Shown: positions 1 through 12,700 of the stretch, in pieces | How the letters are laid out: each line of letters opens with the position of its first letter | How positions within the stretch are numbered: position 1 is the first letter of the stretch | DNA from: Lama glama | Taxonomy: Eukaryota | DNA: 64,000 bases | NCBI GenBank assembly: GCA_028534125.1 | Contig: CM052816.1 | Coordinates: 44,642,001-44,706,000, forward strand | Direction: 5' to 3' | The notes under the pieces: generated by a model | What the model was told of the DNA's origin: nothing | The model's database searches: none | Seen by the model: only the letters and a program-made list of their open reading frames with translations | Program-made: the position numbers and the translations under genes

Positions 1-134
1 ATACACTATTTCCATAGAGACTTTCAGAACTAAAGATGTACATAAATATAAAGTATAGACATGTATGTTTGTGAAAACTTTGCAAATCCATACATTACAA
101 ACATTCAGAGAAAAAAATCAGAAATTCCCTAAGC

Positions 135-240
135 TATTGATTCAGTAATACTGTTTAGCACCTAAAAGTTGCCAAGCATTGAACTAGACCCTACTGATAC
201 CAAAATAAATAACCAGGGTTCAATGGTTCTTAATAGGATG
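135..240 (-). mobile_element. L2 3'-end fragment
   Basis: gattcagtaatactgtttagcacct...gccaagcattgaactagaccctactgatac resembles the reverse complement of the L2 terminus; heavily diverged. Confidence 0.45.
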
Positions 241-1269
241 GAATATTTCAATAAACAAAGAAGACAAAAGTATGTACATTTATTTATGAATTATGCATGG
301 AAAAGACTCCAATCCCTGGCTCTTACCACTTAGCCACAGAATATGAAAACCGAGCACTTTTAAAAAGTTAAAATGTTTTTAGGTTGCTTTTTAATTTCCA
401 GGAAAATAAAGATTTAAGAGATACTTTTCAATATTCAGAGGGAAGGCTTATGTACATATGTTCTATTGCCAAAGGATTGTCTAGAATCGATGGCATTGTC
501 TATTCAAAACCTTAAATTAATAGCATATAGCTTTCAATATATTCCCAAATTGCTGTCATATTTTAAAATAGGTATGTACCAATTGAGTTTCATTTCATTT
601 AAACTTTGGAACTAGAGACATTCAAATCAAAATAAAAATAATTCCAATTAAAATTTAAGCTTCTTAAAAATAAAGTTAAATTTCATATACAAAATGGTTC
701 TGGTTTAATAAAGCTAATTATTTCTTACCTTGCTGATTCCTTTATTACAATAATATTTACCAATTTTACTGGTTTCTGGAATCGACTCTTCTTCATTTTT
801 TAAAACACTGTTGCCTTTGTTTTATTCCATTTCTAAACAATTTAGTCCCTTAAACAGCTTACAATTTTTAAAAGTGTTACTTTCATCTTCTACCTAGAAA
901 ACTCTTTCTGCTTTTGTTTCTTCTATATAGTTATTGATAGTCTGACTGAGAAATAATGGCATTGTATAACTTTCAGATAATATGGTCAACATAATAAACA
1001 TAAATTGGAATTAATCTGTGTCCTGATTTTTTTTTCACAGAAATAGTTAAGAGTGTATCATGGAGACTATTGGTGTTTTATACCCATTATAATAAACTTT
1101 CAAATAAATGTAGATTGTTGATAGAAACATAGAGCTACATGGAATGTTTTCTAATTTTGGAAACATAATTATTTAATTTATTTTCTTCAAGGCTCTGGGT
1201 AACATCAGCAAAAGTATCCAGTTCATCAACCTACATAGACATCTCCACTGGTGTTTCAAAAGCCACCTT

Positions 1270-2690
1270 AAAAGAGCATGGAGATTTCCAGATCTAACAG
1301 AATGACAGACAAGAGTCTGGAGAATCAACCAGATAAAATTCACTGAAATAAATAATAAAAAAATAAGGAAAAATTAAAATGTAGCAAGGAATTCACCGTG
1401 GCTAAAAATTAGTGAAAAGAGAAAACCCAGGCAGCTTAACCTTTCCATGAAGTGTTTTGACAAAACCAGATTTCCTTGATTTTCCATTGATGATTGCATG
1501 GGGTCGCATGTTATGGGGAACAGGATATAAAGCTAGAGCCTAGTAAGGCGAGGAACATAAGAAGAAATCCTCTTTATCAAAGTAAGACCTCAGTGGACAC
1601 ACCATCAGTGTACTGGTAAAGTAAAAATGAAGGTGCCACAAAGAAGTGAAGAACAAGAAAAGCCAACTGTCTCAAACTTGGCACTAAGTGAAGGGAACAA
1701 ACAAACAAAATTTCTCCCCTAAGAATATGCTGTAATCATCTCTGCCCTCTAATGTGTAGTAACTGTTATCTGAAAAGCCTCATGTGGAAAATTTAATTTT
1801 AAGTTGCCCTCGTTATTATTTGAGGAACTCAGCAGAAGCAAGCATGACTCTTTGAGGAAATCAACAGAAGCAAGCATGACTCTTTTTGGAAGAATATAAT
1901 TTTAACTGAAGTAAGAATAAATTTCTAGACAAAAACCTCTAAGGTAAATAAGCAGCTTACATTTTTAAAAAATCACAAACACATAGGGAAAAAAGGCACC
2001 ATGAACGATACCTAAAAGAATCAATTGATAGCAGATTCCTATCCTTTAGGACTTTAGATATTAAAATTACCAGCAATCACATATAAAATAATTATGATTA
2101 ATATGAATAAATAAATTTAAAAACAAGTTTAAAAACACAAGCAAGGAATAAAAATCCATAAAGGGTATCCAATCATAATGAAAAAAAGCAAAATATAACT
2201 CTTGCAATGTATAATATAATTAAAATGTAAAACTAACTGGACATATTTAAGAACATAACACTCACTGGTCAAGTGAGAATTACTGAATTGAAATATAGAT
2301 CCAAAGAATTTACATAAAAGAAATATTCAAACAAACCAACAAATGGAAAGTTTAAAAGATAATTTAAAATGTTTTTAATGTACCAGAACTTTGAATTTTA
2401 GAAGAAGAATATGATAAAAAGATGAGGCAATTATCAGAGATGATGGTAAAGAATTTTTCAGGCTTATGGGAAAGCACTAAACCTGAGACCAAGAAAGCCA
2501 AGTGAACTTTAAGCATTATAAATAAAAATATTCACAAATGTGTCATGGTAAAATTGCAGAACATCAAAGACAAAAAGAAGATATTAAATGTAACCAGAGA
2601 TAAAAGAAAGATCCAATATAATGGAAAGCAACAGCAATAATGGAAGACAAAACATGGCATATTTTTAATTCTCCCTAATGTATATATTAA
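1270..2690 (+). mobile_element. Old L1 (L1M4/L1ME-type) 5' region and decayed ORF1
   Basis: A-rich plus strand with L1 ORF1-like motifs (gagaattactgaattgaaatatagatcc; gtcatggtaaaattgcagaacatcaaagacaaaaagaagatatt); many stops and frameshifts. Confidence 0.7.
1819..1882. repeat. 32-bp tandem duplication (2 copies, 2 mismatches)
   Basis: tttgaggaactcagcagaagcaagcatgactc followed directly by tttgaggaaatcaacagaagcaagcatgactc. Confidence 0.9.
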
Positions 2691-2699
2691 AGAATATAT

Positions 2700-2885
2700 A
2701 GCCTTCTCTATTGTAAGTGGGAGAGCCAACTGGTACAAACACTTTAGAGATAATGTCTTAAAAAGTTAAATGTATATCTATCTTGTGATTCAGCAATTGC
2801 ACCCCTAGATGTTTATTCAAGAGAAATAAAAATATGCATGCTCCAAAAGACTTGTACACAGATATGCATAACAGTTATACATGAA
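2700..2885 (+). mobile_element. Old L1 ORF2 C-terminal fragment (L1ME-like)
   Basis: aactggtacaaacactttagag...gtgattcagcaattgcacccctagatgtttattcaagagaaataaaaatatgcatgctccaaaagacttgtaca matches the end of L1 ORF2. Confidence 0.75.
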
Positions 2886-2889
2886 ATCC

Positions 2890-4365
2890 TGGTGCTTCTG
2901 GGAGGCTAAAGACAGTGGCAGTGCATAGCTTCCTAACATCCCTATTGACCCAAAAGAGAAACAAGCAAATTAAATTCTACATACAACGATGCCCTCAACA
3001 TCAGTTAAAGACAGACAATACTGGAACATCAAAATAACTACAAGCAAAAAAAGAAGAATCACCACATCCCTGCATACCATCTTTCCTGCTCCTACTCAAA
3101 CCCTGCTCTCTCGCCCCGTTGCAGGACTTTGAGGCAAGCAAAAGCAGAGCCAGAAAAACTCCAGGGAAGAAGAAAGAAAACTAGTGAAGGGACCCGAGGG
3201 GAATCCAAACAATTGTTGGAAAGATTAAGTGCATTTTAAATCTAAAGATACTAAAAATGTGTTCAGGCAGAACACAGCAGCGACTATAAGGAAGGAACTT
3301 CAAACTAAAAGTGCTTTAAGAGGACAGGTTCAATCTAAATGGGGTACTTTTCAAAATGTATAGCTTCTGGGAAAGAAAATAGAACAAAGAAGAATGGAAA
3401 AATCACTCCTTGGCAATTGGCTGGTGAAGGGAAAAAAATATATATATACACATTTATATAAAACCTAGAGTAAAAGAATATTGCCTATTTCTCTCATAAA
3501 AGTAAATGCAGCCAATTGAAGTATCATACAACTCTTTAGGAAGGAGGCCTGTCATTTAGGAAAGCTTCTCTAGGTCTGCCTTTGCTTACCTCAAAGTCCT
3601 AGATGTGTGTGCATGTATGTGGGTAATCTAGACTATTGTCATAACAAAAGAGAACCATAAATGAGAGGACTTAAAACCTCTATTTCACCACACCAATACA
3701 AAAAAAGAAAAGAAAAGATAGATTAAGTACCTGGATTGTGCTCTACTAATAAATAAAGATGACATTAAGCTTGGAATCTTTTAAAACATAACACCATAAA
3801 AGTGAACAAGAGGACGTTCAACAAGTTCATATGAAGTTATCATAAAATATCAGGAAACAAAATGTCACATAAACTAACTGAATAAAACCTTCCTGCAAAA
3901 TAACCAGGAAGTAGAAAAAATGAAAAAAATCAACATTCCATATATGATTGACCATGCTTAATCCAGCCTTTGAGGATATGAAAAGACAGCTTGAATCAGA
4001 AATTCAAATACAATAAACAGGAACAGACATAAATCGGGAGAAATGACAAAAAGAAATTGAACTCAGGAAAAAAAACGGAAAAATAACAAGTAAAATTAGT
4101 TCAGAAATAAAGAATAAACTACAAGGTGCCTAAGGTAGAATAGATTTAAGTAGAAATTGAATAAGGGGCAATGAAAACAGGCAGGAAAGCAGCCAAGAAA
4201 ATAAAAATTGTATAATGAAAGAAGTTAAAAGGCATAGAAAGGAAGTAGCAGAAATAGAAGACCAGTAAAAAAGGAGTAATATTCATATTACCTGAGCTCC
4301 TGAAGGAGTAAAACAAAATAATGAGTAGAGCAAATATTTAAAACTACAATCCAAAATAATTTCCT
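2890..4365 (+). mobile_element. HAL1 / L1 ORF1-like element remnant
   Basis: 3870-4365 is decayed ORF1-like coiled-coil sequence (gaatcagaaattcaaa; gaaatagaagaccag...gagtaatattcatattacctgagctcctgaagg...caaaataatttcc), preceded by a HAL1-like 5' region. Confidence 0.6.
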
Positions 4366-4587
4366 TTTTGGTTTGCATCATTTCCTAAATGGCAGGCCTC
4401 CTTCCCCTATGGTTGTGTGACTCTTCACTGGCTGCCTTCATTTTTAAGTTGAAAATAGTCAAAAATTACTATACTCAATCAAACAAAATGATCTTAGTTC
4501 CTTGTGTACTTATAAAATTTTATGGTTTTTAAAAACATACAAACATTTTAAAATATTGACTACAATTCTGTAAATTAGAGAATGTGC

Positions 4588-4695
4588 TATTCCCATCAAG
4601 CAGATGGAGAAACTTGGCATGAGAGAGAGACCTCGCTGAGGGTCCTCAGCTAGACAATCATGAATCCAATTCGAGCAGTCACATGTTGAATATTG
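4588..4695 (-). mobile_element. MIR SINE fragment
   Basis: tattcccatcaagcagatggagaaacttggc resembles the reverse complement of the MIR core. Confidence 0.55.
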
Positions 4696-5143
4696 CTCTC
4701 CAACATTCTATAAACCACACTCAAATGCAGTCACTGAATAGACCTGGTCAATATATGTCAAGTCGGTACCATGTGTCAGCAACTGAACCAAGTCACAGGC
4801 TTTCCAATCTCTCTTCAAACATCCTTTCTATGTTATCATACACCTATATTGATGTTGCTCTTAGTGCCTTTCTTAGATCCTTTTTAAAAAATGAACACTC
4901 TAACCAGAAATTTTAGCATCTCATTTTCCAAGCCTTATATCAGATTTGCCTACTATGGCTTCTCTTTGCACAAAAATGTGTTGTTTTTTGCCTCTACCCT
5001 CCCTTATTACAACTGATATTGCCAAGTAGAGCAATAGCAACAACACAAGATTCTTTGATATTTTTCTATCAAAAAAAATTATTTGATTTATCAGAGTTAA
5101 TAAAAATAGGTATTTTTTTCCCTCATGTAGCTGGATCACAATG

Positions 5144-5148
<5 letters not shown>

Positions 5149-5178
<30 letters not shown>
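5149..5178. repeat. (AC)15 microsatellite
   Basis: perfect AC run. Confidence 0.95.
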
Positions 5179-5180
<2 letters not shown>

Positions 5181-5534
5181 CAAAACCTTTGTCTCCAATG
5201 TATTTTTCTTCACTTCTACAGTCTCAAGAAGTTTTATCAAAAGTCACATTCTAATGACATAATAACCAGTCTCTATTTTAAGAGTACAATCTCTATTATC
5301 ACCTACTTAAGAACAAATTAGCTACTATATAATAAATGGGAATTAAATTTTAGATGTAGGAGTTTCAAATGTCTATTTCAAATACTGCTAACCAAATCTA
5401 AGTTCCTACTGAGACTTATACTACATGTAGAAGAAAAGTGTGGTTGATGTACAAAAAAATTGGTTTTGTATCTAAAAATATAGCTCAAATCAGTCTGAAA
5501 CTCTCATCTTAAAGGATGGCTCTGAATTTCCAGC

Positions 5535-6030
5535 AGCATAATAGGTATCTTCTGTTGAACACCCCACTGTTATCTTAAATTCAATTTAGTTTCTCTCAAA
5601 AATAACTTCATTTCCTGATTGACCTGTTTTCAGTTGATGAGTTCATTCTTTCATTTACTCAGGCTCAAGAGCTCAGAACAACCATTGTCTTGTCGATGTT
5701 TTCTTCCCCTGTATTAATCAGTCACTATGTCCATCTATTGTTTTTCAAGCTTCTCTCACTTGAACTCTTCGTTTTCATCATTACTACCATGCTAGTCCTC
5801 ACTGTTTCACACTTGGACTCCTAATGCATTTCCCTGTTTTTAGTCTTTTTCCTCCAATAGATTATATGTACTGCAACAAGATCAAGATCAATGTCATCAA
5901 GACACTACTTCCCCTTTGTCTACATGATGGAGGTCAATGCCTAAAATTGGAACTGAAGAATCTTATAGTCTAATTCCAACCTGCCTTTCTCACCTTCAAC
6001 TCTTATATAAATCCTTCTCTGACTAGACCA
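5535..6030 (+). mobile_element. L2 fragment
   Basis: pyrimidine-rich L2-like motifs (catttactcaggctcaagagctcag; aatcagtcactatgtcc; ttactaccatgctagtcc). Confidence 0.55.
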
Positions 6031-6087
6031 GGATACTCAAACCAACTCACCGCAAGATGTTTTGTTGTAAGCTCTTATGTAGATGGA

Positions 6088-6485
6088 ATGTATCAGCTAG
6101 AATAATTTGAATTGACTGACAGCAACTGAGACTCAATTCAAAATTACTTAAATAGTAGGGGGTTTATTATCTCACATAAAATTCTTCAAATGATATTTTT
6201 TGGCATTGTGTTTTAATAGCTCAATGGCATCAATGACAGAAATTATTTCCAACTTTCTGCTAAACCATGTTTGGTATATTAAAAGAAAAAAAACATGGAT
6301 TAGAATTGTGTCAACCTTCAATCTCTAAATCAATCACTTGGTAAGAAGAATGAGGTCCTTTTTAGTAGTTTGGACAAACCAAGTTCACCCCACTGTAGGT
6401 GGGGAGGTCCCAGCATCATCTGAAAGACAAAGACACTGCAAAGACAAATCAGGGTTCAGATAACGAGAGAGGCTAATACGAATTT
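6088..6485 (-). mobile_element. MaLR LTR (MLT1K/L-like)
   Basis: gactcaattcaaaattacttaaatagtagggggtttattatctcacataa and ctctaaatcaatcacttggtaag resemble reverse-oriented old MLT1. Confidence 0.55.
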
Positions 6486-6685
6486 GTTAATAAGAGTCTA
6501 TCCCGCCCCCAGAAATTCCTGGATCAATTACACATTTAAGGATTAATATTTATAAAAGTTAAATTTATTTTAGCTATTATAGCAGTAGACTACCTAGAAG
6601 AGAAAGTATACTGGCTAGCTGCACAATAGGAAGGAGTTTAGCCAATTAAAACTTTTATAAGCTATTACCACTAATATAAAGAAAT

Positions 6686-6705
6686 ACACACACACACACA
6701 CACAC
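6686..6705. repeat. (AC)n microsatellite
   Basis: AC run of about 10 units. Confidence 0.9.
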
Positions 6706-8404
6706 CCCTACCTAAACAAGAAAACCAACAGAGACTTCCAAAATGTAGCTATGTTTACAAGACATATTCTTCCAGATGAGCTCTAGATGAGCTCAGTTTG
6801 AATGAGGAAACTGGATTTATAGATGCAAATGCCAGGCAGGATCCCGTCAGAAGTACTAGAAGAACACAAGAGAACAACTTGGCTTCCCTTAGAATTCTAT
6901 TTGTGACATCAGTTTCCTTCAAAAATAAATCCAAAGGCACTTTCTTTCCAGGTAATTTTCCTGTTAAGGCCATCTCTGTCACCTCTCTTACACATTTATT
7001 CTTTCATTCTCAGGATTGTGTCTTAAGAAAAATTCAGTACTCTCCAGAAGATTCTTTAACTCAGCAGAACCTGTCAAGATAGGATCTTGTCAACTTATCC
7101 AGCTGGAAATAGTGAGCCATTATTTTGCTAGCTCCTTCTTTACTATTCTATATGAGAATGTTGTCATATATATGCAATATGAGCTCATGGACACCACAAA
7201 GAAAATAATCTTATAAAACATTTGAGAAGAACTTATGTGGAAAAAGCTTTTACAGTTATTAAAAAGAAAAAGACAAAAAAGACAAAAACATTTCTAATTG
7301 GGAAACGTTGCATTGAAATCTCTGTAGGAAATGGTCACATTAGACCTATAACACCTGAGAGAATGATTTTTCTGTTTTGTTTCTGTCCTTAGATTCCCTG
7401 TTTTTCTTTTCTTTCTTTCTTTTTTTTTTTTTTTTGCTCTTTTAATTTCTTTTTCTGGGAAAACAGTACTTGCACCCAAAGCCTCAGATAAAATTCTAGA
7501 AAAAAAATTCCACTCCAAATGGTAGCAATAATAAAATGACCTGCTACTTTGGATTCCTTCCTACATGCTAGTTATTGTCATGTGGAAATAAGATGTCTAC
7601 CTTCCATATCTCTATCTATCTACTGAAGTTGTACTAAAGTATCTGTAGAAGAATAGATTTCAACAGAGAAGACCAAAAACTACGAATCCTACAGTCTCAG
7701 GCTTCAGTTGATTTTGTGTGCCGATAGAGGCAATTTACATAAATATTCCAAATATCTGGAGTATTTGCATTCATTTGACTTGCAGGTGGGCTTCTCTTTT
7801 CTGAGTTTTTCCGCTCCAATTTTTCAAATTTCTTTGTCTGCTAACCTGCCTTCACAAATCAAGCTGTTCGTTGGACACTGTTGTCTCCAGTAAGAGAAGC
7901 TAGAACTGAGGGGTATTTCTCTGGGCCAGATGCCTCAGTGGTAGTTCACAAGCAACTGCTGGAGCCAACTGGATGTTATTTGTACTAGAAATTCATCATC
8001 AGTGCCACCTCCCTCAGAGTGAGAAGCAGGACTCTGTCTTTTTCTATTAACATTTTATCAAGGGCTGTCCCACAGCAAAGCAGCCTCGACCCCAAAGATT
8101 TGTAGCCCTTCTATTCCACAGACAAAGCCACTTCCTAAGAGCCCTCAAATGTCAAAGAGATGGCTAGGTCATGATAAGCCCTGCTGTCCCCAGGAAGCTG
8201 TGTAAGAACTCACACTCCCCTTCTGCAATATTGGACTTGACCCTGGGCTCCCTTTGTCTGTCAGACTCCTTTTATGGTGAGCTCTTTCTCAAGGACCACA
8301 CATCTCCTTTCAGTCCTGCTTTCTTTAAGGTATCCCTTATAGGTATGACATATTATCTTTTTTGAAATATAATTATAAATAATGATATAGTAAGACCTTA
8401 ACTT

Positions 8405-8575
8405 CTCACAAACTTGGTTCAAATTCAATTCAATCTCATTCATGACCCTGGGTAAATCACTTACATTACCAAAGCCTCATTTTCTGTTTAGAACAATAAA
8501 GAGTAATACTTTACTCACAATGTTGTTGTAAAGATCAAACACAATGCTCAGTGCTCCTAACGTGCTCTCTAACAA
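8405..8575 (+). mobile_element. MIR SINE
   Basis: tgaccctgggtaaatcactta...gcctcattttct...tactcacaatgttgttgtaaagatcaaa matches the MIR core. Confidence 0.7.
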
Positions 8576-9428
8576 ATTCTACATACCAAATTTTACATGT
8601 TTTTGTTTTTTAATTTTAGAAGCTTTCCAAATGCAAAGGAAAATCAGTGATGCGAGAGAACAAAAGAAGAAAACAGGGCTGTTTCTGGTCCTTTTTATCA
8701 AAAGTTTATCGGCTACATATCTGCCCAGACAATATGTCTCAGGTGTGCTGTCCTAATAATAAATAGCATGAATTACAAATTGGTTTTGATATTTGAGTTT
8801 TTAATTCTACTGGCAGATTGGGAAACAGTCACTGTAATATTGGATCTATTTGAAAGTAGGAATTATTTAATGCAACCTAAGAATGTCTAAAACAGTATAT
8901 TAAAACTTGTTTGTTGACTGTTGTCTTTAAAAATGTATACTGAAATAGCAGATACTCACAGAAATTAAGAAAATATTAACAATTAAATATGTGAACCTAC
9001 CAAAAAATTCTGCATTCCTTCAGAATACACGTGCACACATACACACATACTTGTATTACACTCTGTCACTTACACATGATCTATTCTTTAAGGCAAATTG
9101 ATTAGGTTTCTAAGAAAACATAGCAACATATTTTAATAGTGATTTTTAAACTATTGTTAACATTGTTGTAACTGACTGTGACTGAGAAACCTGCTGGAAC
9201 TAGGTATAAACTGACTCTGTTCCACTCTCTTCCTTGTTTGAACACCATAACCTGTGACAGATCTGGCTTATTTATCCCCACTTAACAGGGTTATTTGTGT
9301 GTATAATTTTTGATTTATCATAAATTCTTAAAATAATTAAATAAGACCCAAAAAAACCCTAATAACTCTGGAAATTGACAAAGAGAGCAAGAATAGCCAC
9401 CATGACAATCATGTATGCCAACACAAAA

Positions 9429-9728
9429 GAACTTATTTACAAAACAGAAACAGACTCACAGACATAGAAAACAAACTTAAGGTTACTGAAGGAAAAAGGG
9501 GGAAAGGAAGAATTAAACTTGGAGTTTGGGATTTGTAGATACTAACTACTATATAAAAAATAGGTAAACAGGGTCCTACTGTATAGCACAGAGAACTATG
9601 TTCAATATCTTGTAATAATCTATAATGGAAAAGAATATGAAAGTATATATATGCATAACTGAATCACTATGCTGTACACAACAGAAATTAACGCAGAATT
9701 GTAAATTGACTACGTTGTAATTAAAAAT
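9429..9728 (+). mobile_element. Cetartiodactyl-type L1 3'UTR (5'-truncated)
   Basis: gaacttatttacaaaacagaaacagactcacagacatagaaaacaaactt...gtcctactgtatagcacag...ctgaatcactatgctgtacac; homologous to copies at 37.0, 50.7 and 56.3 kb. Confidence 0.9.
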
Positions 9729-12700
9729 ACATATATAGGCCATATAGTACATATTGACTGAAAAACTCTTGTAAATATGGAACAATTATGTTTTGGAAAC
9801 ATGTAAAGCATCAGGCAAGCTAGGAAGATCCCAGTGGGAACAAGTTTATCTGTCAGCTGCTTTCACCCAAAAGAGGATAGGTATTCTAAAATGTATATAT
9901 TTAGCAGCCATTTTATGACTGGTCCCCCAAATGAGAAAGTCAATCATCTTTTAACTCAAGTAAAGTCTAATCCCACTGTCTAGAGATCTTTTTCAACAAT
10001 AAAGTTTTCCAAGTTTTAATATAGAAAGTATTATAAATCTCATTACCTATTTTCCATTAATTATTAACAGGATGATACTTGAATTCCACTGCCCCGACCC
10101 TTCAACACATTCAAAATAAATAACACTGTATCCTCAATAGTGAACAATATTATTTTTGCACAATTTAATCAACTGCTACAAAACACACACTGGTTTCTAT
10201 CTGTTTGACACTTGCTGTGTAAGATTTATTCCACTTTGGAAACAGAAGTTTTAGAAATGCTCTTAAATGTTAACTTTCTATTTCCTATCAAAGCATTTTT
10301 AACAGTGTTCTGACACATCAGCATTTTTCTATCTCAACACCCTAAAAGTAAGCTCTCATAATATTTGCCCAGTTAATAATGCTCAATAGAAATATATATG
10401 ATTTTTCTCCAATACAATCACAGAAACATACTTCTGCAGCACTGCATTTTAAAATGCTCTCGACTGATTTCTCCACAGAGCTTGCTTGTCACAGCGCTTT
10501 GTTAACCCTCCCTCCACAATGCAGTATCTCAGACAACTTTGCCTTGCATTGTCAATTAGAAAGAAAAATAAGAATAACCAAAATAGTTTGCCTTCCAAAT
10601 TCTTTAGCTGCCCCAATGCTGAAAGCCAATGATGTGTAGAAAAGAAAAACCCTCATAACTCCTTGCCTGATAAATGAGTAGGGAGAATTTGACAGATCAG
10701 AACGAGATGAAGCAGCCTAAAACATTTGGCACAATGTGCGTCTGGCATACAGAGACTGCCTGTCAAATGCCTATGACTCCATACAGCAGCTAGGGACCCT
10801 ATGGAGCAGCAGATGGGCCATTAAGGTAGTATTAATGTAGATGCCATCAGTTTTCAGTTCTGACTGGGACATACTCTTTAGAACTATGAGCAGCTGCTGC
10901 CATTTATTGTGACAGCTTCCTGCTAACTTTTGCCAACTGGCACAATCTGACTCTTTGTACCTGAGCTATTAAATGTGTGACTTCCACCATTTTATTCCTC
11001 CAGAGAACGCTTTTAATAATCGTCTAAAGAAGGAATGAAGCATTTATCACCAAAGTGAATATCCATACCGTGCAGTTCTATTGTATAAGACTCCCGCCCA
11101 GTGTACTTCATAGACCATATATTAATACATTTTTATTAAAACCAAACATAGATCTTTCCATATATAGGGAAATGTTAAATTGAAAATTATCACTCATATT
11201 AAATATAAATCTTTAATGTAATGTTGATGGACTTAACTATTAAGTACCTGGGAGCTTTTATCTTTAGAAATAGTTTTTCTCTAATTAGCAAATTTTTTTA
11301 AAAGCTATGTCACATGAAACAGAATAATAAATTAACAAACCAACAGTAAGTTATTTTGTGGCTTTCTAAATATAGGTAAATATTTTCATCTCAAAAGGTT
11401 CAAATCCACCTGGTGGTTTATTTAATATGTATAAAGAAATTTTAGGTGTATGAATGGATTTAAAAGCTCTCTATCTGAGTAATGTCAACTATAGATCGTG
11501 AACAATGCATTATAAATGATGGAATTGTGTATTTATCCCCTGCAGAATAATTTCAACAGAATATGCAACCCAACTACTGGCAGAAGCAGAACTCTGCTGC
11601 CTTCCTTTCACCCAGCTAGACTTCTAGGGATACACTGCATCATTTTTTATTATGTCGAACAAGAAAGCTCACAGTACAGCACAGCATACGGTTTGTCAGA
11701 CAATAAAAACTGCAGCAAGTCATTATAAAAATGGCTGGCAGACATATTCATTATGCTGAGCTAACGTCTTTTCTGCTTCAAATATCCCTACAATCTGACC
11801 AATAATCTACGTAGGAGATTTCTAAATAGCTCTCACCCACTCAATATTATACTTCATAGGAAGCTCTGCCCATGTATTTCCACCTGTGCTCCCATACATG
11901 TACGCACACACACATACACAGAGACAAACACTAGATCCTAAGGCAGTGAAACTTCTTAAAATCATTTAGAAATGTGCAATAAGGAAAATGCTTCTGTCAG
12001 AAAGGCACAGGAAAGTCTCAAAGATGTTTATAGTAATAAAACAGCTTTTGAAATGCTCAAGATATATGAAATATAATACTTTAAATACCCCATGTTACAT
12101 GTCAAAGAAATATGTGAAATAATGATAGCTCATACAGACCAAAGAATAGTGAGAGGAATGACACCTAGATGTCAAGACACTCTCAGTGATTCCTGCGTTT
12201 TCTTTCCTGAACAAACCTATGACATTTGACAGCATTTCAGTTTTCTTTACTACCTGGGAGTAGTGTGTGTGTGTGTGTATTTCCATATGCATTTATTTGC
12301 CTTTGCATATTATTTCTAAAGGAATTGAAAGTATTTGCTTCTAGGAGACTCCAAAAAATGAAACATTATATTATATGGAAATGGACCTAAAGAATAATAT
12401 TATTGAAATTGAGTATGATTTACAAGAGTACAAAGTAAACAAAAATTGTTTTAAAATCTAGAGCCTGACTCTAAAACATGTATGTTAAAGTTTTGACTTA
12501 TTAGATTAATCTTAGTAGTTGATAATGTTGATCTACTTAAAAGTTACACGGTTTAGTGTTGTTCTTGTTTTAACATTTCTGTTCCCACTAGTATTTTTTC
12601 ACTTTACCTAAGAGTACCAAAATCATAAGACAACAGGAACTTGTTTTGAATACTTGATGAGCAGAGGTCATAAATGACGACATTACTTTGCGGTAGCTAA

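Noticed and set aside
6755..7216. Overlapping ORFs and plus-strand splice-like sites (ttccag|gtaatt, ttctcag|gat)
   Set aside because: No consistent exon with a recognisable product; in-frame stops follow the candidate acceptors
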